Shown here piece by piece: positions 1-7,522 of a stretch of 18,230 bases of DNA. The DNA comes from a virus. Numbering within the stretch: position 1 is the first letter of the stretch; each line of letters starts with the position of its first letter. The translations under genes were made by a program, and so were the position numbers. The notes under the pieces are model-generated. The model had not been told where the DNA came from, did no database searches, and was given only the letters and a program-made list of their open reading frames with translations. Location of the stretch: the UHGV virus genome UHGV-1777858; one strand, given 5' to 3'.

Positions 1-71
1 TAATGCAGCCTCCCCCCGACTGGCAGACACCGCTGAACGGGATTATTTCACCCTCCGGGAACGACTGGTAA
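1..71 (+). CDS. rzoR: o-spanin Rz1, C-terminal fragment embedded in the Rz gene in another frame
   Basis: Frame 0 reads (M)QPPPDWQTPLNGIISPSGNDW then TAA at 69-71, with the proline-rich PPPDWQTPLNGIISPS motif recalled from lambda Rz1. Embedding inside Rz is the canonical spanin arrangement. Confidence 0.7.
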   Translation, partial: MQPPPDWQTPLNGIISPSGNDW

Positions 72-130
72 TGATGCAGGCCCAACTTGAAGGTGCTCAG
101 CAATACATAACCGAGCAGTGTTTAAAGTAA
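1..130 (+). CDS. rzpR: i-spanin Rz, C-terminal fragment (gene begins upstream of window)
   Basis: Frame 2 is open from the window edge to TAA at 128-130 and translates to ...NAASPRLADTAERDYFTLRERLVMMQAQLEGAQQYITEQCLK, which closely matches my recollection of the lambda Rz C-terminus. Symbol assumes the Rac context implied by adjacent trkG. Confidence 0.8.
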   Translation, partial: NAASPRLADTAERDYFTLRERLVMMQAQLEGAQQYITEQCLK

Positions 131-200
131 AATCTTAACTACAATATGATTCATTTTGATGATTGTTTCATAAGGAACAGTGAAGTAAGATCTAAGAGGA

Positions 201-230
201 GTTAAATTTTATACAGTATAATCATAATAT
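201..230 (+). promoter_or_regulatory. Candidate sigma70-like promoter for trkG (weak)
   Basis: TTAAAT (202-207) and TAATAT (225-230) separated by 17 bp in an AT-rich tract upstream of trkG. Several alternative -10-like hexamers (TATAAT at 217-222 and 245-250) make the assignment ambiguous. Confidence 0.2.
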
Positions 231-267
231 TGCAGCAAGGTGGTTATAATTGAAAGAATATTTAGAT

Positions 268-1725
268 ATGAATACATCTCATGTAAGAGTTGTTACTCAT
301 ATGTGTGGGTTCCTGGTTTGGCTCTATAGTCTTTCAATGTTGCCACCAATGGTTGTAGCATTGTTTTATAAAGAAAAAAGCCTGTTCGTTTTCTTTATAA
401 CTTTCGTTATATTTTTTTGCATTGGTGGCGGAGCGTGGTATACAACTAAGAAATCTGGCATTCAATTACGTACCCGTGATGGGTTTATTATAATTGTAAT
501 GTTTTGGATTTTGTTTTCTGTTATTAGTGCATTCCCTTTATGGATTGACTCAGAACTTAATTTAACGTTCATTGATGCTCTGTTTGAAGGGGTTTCTGGA
601 ATAACAACAACAGGAGCAACTGTAATTGATGATGTTAGTTCATTACCTCGGGCATATTTGTACTATCGGTCACAGTTAAATTTTATAGGTGGTTTAGGAG
701 TTATTGTTCTGGCGGTTGCTGTATTGCCATTATTGGGTATTGGTGGTGCAAAGCTTTATCAGTCAGAAATGCCGGGGCCATTTAAGGATGACAAACTCAC
801 TCCCCGCCTGGCCGATACGTCACGGACACTGTGGATAACTTATTCTTTATTAGGTATTGCTTGTATTGTCTGTTATAGACTTGCAGGAATGCCTTTGTTT
901 GATGCTATTTGTCACGGGATTTCCACAGTTTCGCTTGGTGGTTTCTCAACTCATAGCGAGAGTATCGGATATTTTAATAACTATTTGGTTGAGCTGGTGG
1001 CTGGTTCTTTTTCCCTGCTATCGGCTTTCAACTTCACTCTTTGGTATATTGTTATTAGCAGGAAAACGATAAAACCTTTAATCAGAGATATTGAACTTCG
1101 TTTCTTTCTGTTAATAGCCTTAGGGGTGATCATTGTTACCTCTTTCCAGGTCTGGCATATAGGTATGTATGACTTGCATGGAAGTTTTATTCATTCGTTT
1201 TTTCTTGCCAGCTCCATGCTCACTGATAATGGTTTAGCTACGCAGGATTATGCAAGTTGGCCCACGCACACGATAGTGTTTTTGCTGTTGTCAAGTTTCT
1301 TTGGGGGATGTATAGGTTCAACTTGTGGTGGAATTAAGTCACTTCGATTTCTTATACTTTTCAAACAAAGCAAACACGAGATAAATCAGCTTTCTCATCC
1401 CAGAGCGTTGTTGAGTGTAAATGTAGGAGGGAAGATAGTTACAGATCGTGTAATGAGGTCTGTATGGAGTTTCTTTTTTCTTTATACTCTCTTCACGGTG
1501 TTTTTTATACTGGTGTTAAATGGTATGGGATATGATTTTCTTACATCATTTGCAACAGTGGCTGCATGTATTAATAATATGGGATTAGGTTTTGGGGCTA
1601 CTGCATCGTCATTCGGAGTGCTTAATGACATTGCAAAATGTTTAATGTGCATAGCTATGATTCTTGGTCGCCTTGAAATTTATCCTGTTATTATATTGTT
1701 TTCAGGTTTTTTTTGGCGCTCCTAA
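268..1725 (+). CDS. trkG: TrkH/TrkG-family potassium uptake transporter (Rac prophage TrkG)
   Basis: The 485-aa product from ATG 268 (MNTSHVRVVTHMCGFLVWLYSL...) is a polytopic membrane protein with repeated glycine-rich selectivity-filter-like segments (GVSGITTTGATV, LGGFSTHSE, GSTCGGIKS, NNMGLGFGAT). I recognise the N-terminus as E. coli TrkG. The ORF track starts at TTG 250, which has a better-spaced SD (AAGGTGG 237-243). Confidence 0.9.
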   Translation: MNTSHVRVVTHMCGFLVWLYSLSMLPPMVVALFYKEKSLFVFFITFVIFFCIGGGAWYTTKKSGIQLRTRDGFIIIVMFWILFSVISAFPLWIDSELNLTFIDALFEGVSGITTTGATVIDDVSSLPRAYLYYRSQLNFIGGLGVIVLAVAVLPLLGIGGAKLYQSEMPGPFKDDKLTPRLADTSRTLWITYSLLGIACIVCYRLAGMPLFDAICHGISTVSLGGFSTHSESIGYFNNYLVELVAGSFSLLSAFNFTLWYIVISRKTIKPLIRDIELRFFLLIALGVIIVTSFQVWHIGMYDLHGSFIHSFFLASSMLTDNGLATQDYASWPTHTIVFLLLSSFFGGCIGSTCGGIKSLRFLILFKQSKHEINQLSHPRALLSVNVGGKIVTDRVMRSVWSFFFLYTLFTVFFILVLNGMGYDFLTSFATVAACINNMGLGFGATASSFGVLNDIAKCLMCIAMILGRLEIYPVIILFSGFFWRS

Positions 1726-1811
1726 TATATGGCTGATTTATAATTGTGAGTTTAATATTATGTTGACTCACTCATTGATCCAATACCTAACTTTACCAGC
1801 AACCCCTCCGT

Positions 1812-1846
1812 CCCCAGTAGCACTGGCTGCTGGGGTGCGTTTTATT
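1812..1846 (+). terminator. Rho-independent terminator downstream of trkG
   Basis: A 10-bp stem (CCCCAGTAGC / GCTGCTGGGG, one G-U pair) with a 4-nt loop at 1812-1835, followed by TGCGTTTTATT. Confidence 0.5.
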
Positions 1847-1862
1847 CATAAAGCAAGGCTGT

Positions 1863-2654
1863 ATGAGCGAGAAATTAAAGATAGTCTATCGCCCATTACA
1901 AGAATTGTCACCGTATGCGCACAACGCCAGGACGCACAGCCCTGAGCAGGTGGCACAACTGGTAGAAAGTATTAAGCAATTCGGCTGGACTAATCCGGTG
2001 CTGATTGACGAAAAGGGCGAAATTATTGCGGGTCACGGTCGTGTTATGGCGGCTGAAATGCTCAAAATGGATTCTGTTCCGGTCATTGTTCTGTCTGGCC
2101 TGACGGATGAGCAGAAAAAGGCGTACCGCCTGGCAGATAATCGCCTGCCGATGAATGCTGGCTGGGATGAAGATCTGTTGCGGATGGAGCTGTCGGACCT
2201 AATCAATGCTGATTTTGATGTCTCCCTGACAGGCTTCATCCCGACAGAAATTGATGAACTGTTGACGGATGTTTTGCCCGGTACAGGAAATGAGGAGGAG
2301 CCGTATACGACGAAAATTGATACGCCTGTTTATGAGCCGTCGGGCGGTAAACCGGATATCAGTGAACTGTACGACGATACGAAAACTCAGGAGCTGATCA
2401 GCCGGATACGTTCGGCGTCCCTTGAGCCTGATATTGAGAAATTCCTCCTGTGTGCGGCAGAACGTCACACGGTGTTTAATTTCAGCAGAATTGCGGACTA
2501 TTACGCTCACGCCCCCTCTGAAATTCAGTGTTTTTTCGAGGAGTCGGCGCTGGTGATCATTGATTATCAGCAGGCTATTGAAAATGGATTTGTCCGGATG
2601 ACGCAGCGCATGGTGGAGATCATGCATGGTGGTGAGGAGGAGGAATATGCGTGA
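1863..2654 (+). CDS. ParB-like nuclease domain (ParB N-terminal domain) protein with a C-terminal domain of unknown function
   Basis: 263 aa. The N-terminal ~100 aa (YRPLQELSPYAHNARTHSPEQVAQLVESIKQFGWTNPVLIDEKGEIIAGHGRVMAA...YRLADNRL) has the ParB/sulfiredoxin-type arrangement with a glycine/arginine box (AGHGRVMAA). The C-terminal ~160 aa are acidic and I do not recognise them. SD AAGG lies 4 nt upstream of the ATG. Confidence 0.75.
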   Translation: MSEKLKIVYRPLQELSPYAHNARTHSPEQVAQLVESIKQFGWTNPVLIDEKGEIIAGHGRVMAAEMLKMDSVPVIVLSGLTDEQKKAYRLADNRLPMNAGWDEDLLRMELSDLINADFDVSLTGFIPTEIDELLTDVLPGTGNEEEPYTTKIDTPVYEPSGGKPDISELYDDTKTQELISRIRSASLEPDIEKFLLCAAERHTVFNFSRIADYYAHAPSEIQCFFEESALVIIDYQQAIENGFVRMTQRMVEIMHGGEEEEYA

Positions 2655-3546
2655 TGATTTTTGCGCCTTTATTCTGACTCACGGGCGACCGGACAAAGTT
2701 CTGACTTACCGGACGTTGCGTCGTGCTGGCTATACCGGGAAAATTTTTATCGTTGTTGATGAATTTGGTGAACAGGTGCTGGTGTTTTCCAAAGCCGATA
2801 TCGCCAGTCGTTTTGACGAAGCCGATAATTTCTGTGACCGCCGCTCAATTTTTTACGCCCGTAATGCCTGTTTCGACCTGGCAAAACTGGTCGGGTGTAA
2901 ATACTTCATTCAGCTCGATGATGATTATCACGAGTTCCAGTTTCGGGTGGATCGCAACTATGACCAGGCCTATTTTCCGATAAGGAAACTGGATGCGATC
3001 CTTTCTGAAATGCTGGCGTACTACGAATCAATACCTGCTCTTTCCATCGCTATGTCGCAGGGCGGGGATTTTCTTGGTGACAATGGCGGCCATGCTTCGT
3101 GGGTGAAACGCAAGGCAATGAACAGCTTTATCTGTTCGGTTGATCGACCGTTCTCATTCATGGGGCGCATTAACGAGGATGTGAATACGTACACGAATCT
3201 CGGTCGCTGTGGTGAATTGTTTATGACGATCGGTGCTGTCCAGTTAGGGCAGAAACAGACGCAGAAAAACAGCGGCGGAATGACCGAGCTGTATCTGGAT
3301 TCCGGAACCTACGTTAAAAGTTTTTACTCCGTCATGTATGCGCCGTCGTGCGTAAAAATCTCACTGATGGGTGCCAGCCATAAACGCATTCACCATCAGG
3401 TCACCTGGAACAACGCTGCAGTAAAAATCCTTCACGAAAAATACAGGAAGAAGACACCCTGCATATCAATGGGGGTGACAAATGATTCCGTATTCGAAAG
3501 TCGAGTCTCTGGCAGCGTGCCGGATGACTGCACAACAAATCGCTGA
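2647..3546 (+). CDS. GT-A fold protein, family-2-glycosyltransferase-like (putative glycosyl- or nucleotidyl-transferase; function unknown)
   Basis: Start ATG 2647 follows a strong SD (GAGGAGGAGGA) and overlaps the ParB-like stop as ATGCGTGA, suggesting translational coupling. The N-terminus matches the GT2 pattern: beta1 AFILTHGRPD, then GKIFIVVDEFG (compare EIIVVDDGS), then ARNACFDLAKLVGCKYFIQLDDDY (compare aRNxGxxxAxGxYixFLDxDD, DxD near residue 91-93). No transmembrane segment is evident. Confidence 0.55.
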   Translation: MRDDFCAFILTHGRPDKVLTYRTLRRAGYTGKIFIVVDEFGEQVLVFSKADIASRFDEADNFCDRRSIFYARNACFDLAKLVGCKYFIQLDDDYHEFQFRVDRNYDQAYFPIRKLDAILSEMLAYYESIPALSIAMSQGGDFLGDNGGHASWVKRKAMNSFICSVDRPFSFMGRINEDVNTYTNLGRCGELFMTIGAVQLGQKQTQKNSGGMTELYLDSGTYVKSFYSVMYAPSCVKISLMGASHKRIHHQVTWNNAAVKILHEKYRKKTPCISMGVTNDSVFESRVSGSVPDDCTTNR

Positions 3547-3733
3547 CGTTCTGGATGTTGATCTGAACCGACTGAAAGAAAATCGGGAAGCAATGACAGA
3601 TTTTTATGCGGCCATCCGTAAGGGCAGAGCGAAAGGTGAAGCCGAGTTACGAGCGGCATTGTTTAAGCTTGCCAGAAAAGGGGATGCCTTTGCTCTGCGC
3701 GAACTACTCAGGGTGGATAAAAATCAGGACTAA
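3482..3733 (+). CDS. Small hypothetical protein, HTH-like (possible packaging accessory or DNA-binding protein)
   Basis: 83-aa ORF with SD GGGGGTGA upstream of ATG 3482. It overlaps the 3' end of the preceding gene by 65 nt. It contains an HTH-like segment (MTAQQIADVLDVDLNRL); an alternative start is ATG 3524. Confidence 0.4.
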   Translation: MIPYSKVESLAACRMTAQQIADVLDVDLNRLKENREAMTDFYAAIRKGRAKGEAELRAALFKLARKGDAFALRELLRVDKNQD

Positions 3734-3736
3734 CTG

Positions 3737-4831
3737 ATGAGCAGACCGGACTGGGGGGCGTTGCAGCAGGAGTATATTGCTGAATACACCCGCTCCGGTA
3801 TATCTCCGGTGGCATGGTGTGAAGCAAGGGGACTGAATTACGCAACAGCCCGTCGTTACATCAAAAAAACTCCGAAAAATGCGCAGACAGAAATGTGCAA
3901 AACTGCGCAAAAAAGTGCGCAGAAAAAATCTGCGCAGACTGCACAAAAGCGGAACGAAAAATCTCAGGAAAAAAAGCCAGTATTCGATGCGGGCCTGAAT
4001 GAGGGCGACGCGGAGGAATTTTCGTTCTGTCCCGATGAATTCGGCATTTCTGACCAGCAGGCTAAGTTTGCGATGCTTGTTGCTCAGGGTAAAAAGCCGA
4101 CAGAGGCGTACCGACTAGCCGGTTATGAGGGGCAAGGTGCGACAGCTAACAGCAACGCCAGTCGTATGCTTAGAAATGCCAGGGTTTTTCGCGCTATCAG
4201 CTACTTCCGCAATCAGTACCAGAAACGCTATACCGCAGACCTGGATTTACTAGTGAGTCAGTTGATGGCTATTGTCCTGGCCGACCCCAATCAGCTTGCA
4301 CAATTTCGCCGTGTTAACTGCCGTTATTGCTGGGGCGAGAATCATCTCTACCAGTGGCGCGATATAGCAGAATTCGACAAGGCAGCGGCGCAGGCTTCCA
4401 GAGATGGCAAACCCGAACCGGAATATGGAGGCCTCGGCTTTGTTGATAACGCCATACCCAATCCGGACTGCCCGAAGTGCTGCGGTGAGGGAACGGGACA
4501 GCTTTATATGGCTGATACCACTCTGCTTGATGGGGATGCGCGGCAATTATATGCAGGGGCAAAATTCGGAAAATTCGGCGTTGAGATCCTGCTGGAGGAT
4601 AAGGCTGCCGCCCGGCGTGAATTGTTGCGTTTGCTTTCTGCTGGCGGGGATTTATGTGCAGATAAGCGGCTACAGGAACTGGAAATTGAACGGCGCAGAA
4701 TGGAAAACCAGAAGCTGCGCAAAGAGATCGAAACGGTGGAAGATAATGAACATCCCCAGCCTGTGGCGATCAATATTAATGTGGTTGATGCCAGAGTAAG
4801 GAGTGATGAAGATGATCTCTCCGACGCTTAA
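3737..4831 (+). CDS. Terminase small subunit (Terminase_2 / P27-like family) with N-terminal HTH domain
   Basis: 364 aa. N-terminal HTH-like segment (GISPVAWCEARGLNYATARRYIKK), a low-complexity K/Q/A linker, then a terminase-small-subunit signature (QQAKFAMLVAQGKKPTEAYRLAGYEGQGATANSNASRMLRNARVFRAISYF). Sits immediately upstream of terL and overlaps it. Confidence 0.85.
   Translation: MSRPDWGALQQEYIAEYTRSGISPVAWCEARGLNYATARRYIKKTPKNAQTEMCKTAQKSAQKKSAQTAQKRNEKSQEKKPVFDAGLNEGDAEEFSFCPDEFGISDQQAKFAMLVAQGKKPTEAYRLAGYEGQGATANSNASRMLRNARVFRAISYFRNQYQKRYTADLDLLVSQLMAIVLADPNQLAQFRRVNCRYCWGENHLYQWRDIAEFDKAAAQASRDGKPEPEYGGLGFVDNAIPNPDCPKCCGEGTGQLYMADTTLLDGDARQLYAGAKFGKFGVEILLEDKAAARRELLRLLSAGGDLCADKRLQELEIERRRMENQKLRKEIETVEDNEHPQPVAININVVDARVRSDEDDLSDA
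3872..3946. repeat. Cluster of palindromic TGCGCA hexamers (four perfect, two 1-mismatch) inside terS; candidate pac / TerS recognition repeats
   Basis: Perfect TGCGCA at 3880, 3904, 3916 and 3931; TGTGCA at 3894 and TGCACA at 3940. Spacing is 9-15 bp, and most copies are preceded by an A-run and followed by A/G-A (AAAAnTGCGCAGA). Confidence 0.45.
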
Positions 4832-6113
4832 TGTGCCTCAGGCGCGATTTCTTTCAATGCCCCATAAATTTAAAGCCTATATTGCTGGTTTTGGCTCGGG
4901 CAAAACATGGGTTGGGTGTGGCGGCATATGCAAGGGGATTTGGGAGCATCCAGGTATAAATCAGGGATATTTTGCGCCAACGTATCCCCAAATTCGCGAT
5001 ATTTTTTACCCTACAGTGGAAGAAGTTGCTGCTGACTGGGGATTGAACGTAAAAATTAATGAGGGAAATAAAGAGGTTCACTTTTATTACGGACGCCAGT
5101 ATCGGGGAACCACTATCTGCAGATCGATGGAGAAGCCACAAACGATCGTCGGTTTCAAAATTGGTAATGCGTTGGTGGATGAACTGGACATTTTGCCGAA
5201 GGAAAAAGCCAGAACGGCGTGGCGCAAGATAATTGCGCGTATGCGTTATAAGATTGATGGACTTCGCAACGGTATTGACGTTACAACCACGCCGGAAGGA
5301 TTCAAATTTGTCTACGAGCAGTTTGTTAAAGCCGTGCGTGAAAAAACAGAGCTGGCCTCACTGTATGGTCTGGTGCAGGCATCTACTTTCGATAATGAAA
5401 AGAACCTGCCAGCAGATTACATTCCTTCGCTTCTTGAATCATACCCTCCAGAGCTGATTAAAGCCTATCTGCGAGGACAGTTTACTAACCTGACAAGTGG
5501 TACTGTTTACCATCAGTTTGACCGGAAACTGAATAATTGCGAAGAAGTGGAGCAGCCAGGGGAGCCGATTTATATTGGGATGGATTTTAACGTTGGAAAG
5601 ATGGCGGGAATCGTCCATGTGCTGCGTTTGGGGCTTCCATGTGCGGTAACTGAAATCATCAATGCCTACGATACGCCGGATATGATCCGCATCATTAAAG
5701 AACGCTTCTGGCTGTATGATGGGAATGATTACCGGAAAGTGAGGGAAATTTATATTTATCCAGATGCTTCCGGGGATTCCAGAAAATCAAGTAACGCAAG
5801 TACGACGGATATAGCCCAGCTTAAGCAGGCTGGTTTTAACGTTGTGGTGAACAGCTCGAACCCGCCAGTAAAAGATCGCGTTAACTCAATGAATGCAATG
5901 TTCTGCAATGCCAATGGTGAGCGTCGCTATAAAGTTAATGTGAAGCGTTGCCCGTTATATGCCGAATCTCTGGAGCAACAGGTCTGGGATGAGAAGGGGG
6001 AGCCTGATAAAAAATCTGGCAATGATCACCCGAATGATGCCGGAGGTTATTTCATCGTTAAGCAATTCCCTATTGTCAAACCGACCGGAAGAGTCACATC
6101 ACTTCGGATTTAA
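4812..6113 (+). CDS. Terminase large subunit (ATPase/nuclease)
   Basis: Walker A-like motif near the N-terminus (AGFGSGKTWVG), size ~430 aa, position directly after terS. The ORF is open from GTG 4803; ATG 4812 has the best spacing from SD AAGGAG (4798-4803). Confidence 0.9.
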   Translation: MISPTLNVPQARFLSMPHKFKAYIAGFGSGKTWVGCGGICKGIWEHPGINQGYFAPTYPQIRDIFYPTVEEVAADWGLNVKINEGNKEVHFYYGRQYRGTTICRSMEKPQTIVGFKIGNALVDELDILPKEKARTAWRKIIARMRYKIDGLRNGIDVTTTPEGFKFVYEQFVKAVREKTELASLYGLVQASTFDNEKNLPADYIPSLLESYPPELIKAYLRGQFTNLTSGTVYHQFDRKLNNCEEVEQPGEPIYIGMDFNVGKMAGIVHVLRLGLPCAVTEIINAYDTPDMIRIIKERFWLYDGNDYRKVREIYIYPDASGDSRKSSNASTTDIAQLKQAGFNVVVNSSNPPVKDRVNSMNAMFCNANGERRYKVNVKRCPLYAESLEQQVWDEKGEPDKKSGNDHPNDAGGYFIVKQFPIVKPTGRVTSLRI

Positions 6114-6115
6114 TT

Positions 6116-7522
6116 ATGGCTGATATATCAACACCCAACCTCGACTATAACGATATGCTGGAGGCGTGGGATATTAACGACGCACTGATGGGCGGTACGC
6201 TTGAAATGCGCAGGCAGGGGGAAAATTATCTCCCAAAATGGCCTAACGAAGATGAAGACGCTTATAAAAAACGCCTGTCTGCGGCTACGCTACTTCCTGT
6301 GTATGAAGAAAGCATCAAGCAAAATATTGGGCGCATATTTGCAGAGCCGACAGTATTGAGTGAGGAAACGCCGGCAAAAATCAGGGAATATGCAGAAAAT
6401 ATCGACATGGAGGGAAGCCGACTGGATGTGTGGGCGCAGCAATTTTTCAGCCTCGCATTTCAGTATGGTGTGGCACATGCGCTGGTGGACTATCCACGAA
6501 CGGATATGAAAGAGATTCGGACAAAAGCCGATGAAAACGCGGCCGGTAGTCGTCCGTACGTTACGATGCTGAATCCACGCCAGGTTATTGGATGGAAATC
6601 GAAAGTTGAAAAAGGGAAAGTTGTTCTCACTGATTTGCGTATAAAAGAGGTCATCATTATTGATGGTGATGATTTCGGGCAGAAGAAGGTGGAGCAGATC
6701 CGCCATATTATGCCCCGTCGAGTTGAAATTTATCGACGTAGCGAAGGCACTAATGGCGAATCTGTCTGGACGCTTCATGAGTCATGGAATACCAGCCGTG
6801 ATGATATTCCTCTGGTAACACTGTACACGAAGAAAACAGGATTTATGCGTGGTACACCGCCATTGCTTAATCTTGGCTTGCTGAATATCAAGCACTGGCA
6901 AAGCCAGAGCGAGCAGGACAATATTCTTCATGTTGCCCGCGTTCCATTGCTGGTGGCCTACGGGCTGGACAGGAATGAAGAACTGACGGTTGGTGCATCC
7001 ACCGCTACGATTTTTGAGGACAGAACAAAAAATGGCCTCGAATATGTTGAACATAGTGGCGCAGCGATAGAATCTGGCGAAACATCACTTGAGAAGCTGG
7101 AAAATCAGATGCGTCATGCCGGCGCTAAACTTCTGCGTGCTGAAAATACATCCACCAAATCTGTTGATCAGACTAATGAAGAGCGAATGCAGGAAAACTC
7201 GCCGCTTTATACAATGGCGAACTCCCTCGAAGATGCCCTCGATAATATTCTCCAGATAATGGCGGAATGGATCGGAGAGAGTTGCGGTGGCAATGTGGAT
7301 GTGCGCACTGAACTGGATGTATCTGCCCAGGTGTTTGACTCATCCTCCGCGCTGGCTGTTCAGTCATTGCGTCAGGGCGGTGATATACGTCAGATTGATG
7401 CGATTCGGGTGTTGCAGGCGTTGAAATTTATCGATCAGGATTCCCGTCCAGAGGAAGTGATCGATGAATTAAAAAATCAGAGTGTAATGCTGATGGAAAT
7501 CAATGATGCAAACCGTGAATGA
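6116..7522 (+). CDS. Phage portal protein (probable)
   Basis: 468-aa ORF immediately following terL (stop TAA 6111-6113, ATG 6116), with an acidic C-terminus. Position and size fit a portal; family assignment is from memory of similar prophage proteins and is not verified. Confidence 0.7.
   Translation: MADISTPNLDYNDMLEAWDINDALMGGTLEMRRQGENYLPKWPNEDEDAYKKRLSAATLLPVYEESIKQNIGRIFAEPTVLSEETPAKIREYAENIDMEGSRLDVWAQQFFSLAFQYGVAHALVDYPRTDMKEIRTKADENAAGSRPYVTMLNPRQVIGWKSKVEKGKVVLTDLRIKEVIIIDGDDFGQKKVEQIRHIMPRRVEIYRRSEGTNGESVWTLHESWNTSRDDIPLVTLYTKKTGFMRGTPPLLNLGLLNIKHWQSQSEQDNILHVARVPLLVAYGLDRNEELTVGASTATIFEDRTKNGLEYVEHSGAAIESGETSLEKLENQMRHAGAKLLRAENTSTKSVDQTNEERMQENSPLYTMANSLEDALDNILQIMAEWIGESCGGNVDVRTELDVSAQVFDSSSALAVQSLRQGGDIRQIDAIRVLQALKFIDQDSRPEEVIDELKNQSVMLMEINDANRE

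Noticed and set aside
230-250. TTGCAG (230-235) with perfect TATAAT (245-250) as the trkG promoter
   Set aside because: The spacer is only 9 bp, far from the 16-18 bp optimum, and the TATAAT overlaps the possible TTG start.
250-267. TTG 250 as the trkG start (491 aa, as in the ORF track)
   Set aside because: Not fully rejected: TTG 250 has a well-spaced SD (AAGGTGG), but the N-terminus I recognise for TrkG begins MNTSHVRVV at ATG 268. Kept ATG 268 and noted the alternative.
1664-1945. 93-aa ORF spanning the trkG 3' end, the terminator and the ParB-like gene start
   Set aside because: It overlaps two better-supported genes and runs across an intrinsic terminator hairpin, so it is unlikely to be expressed.
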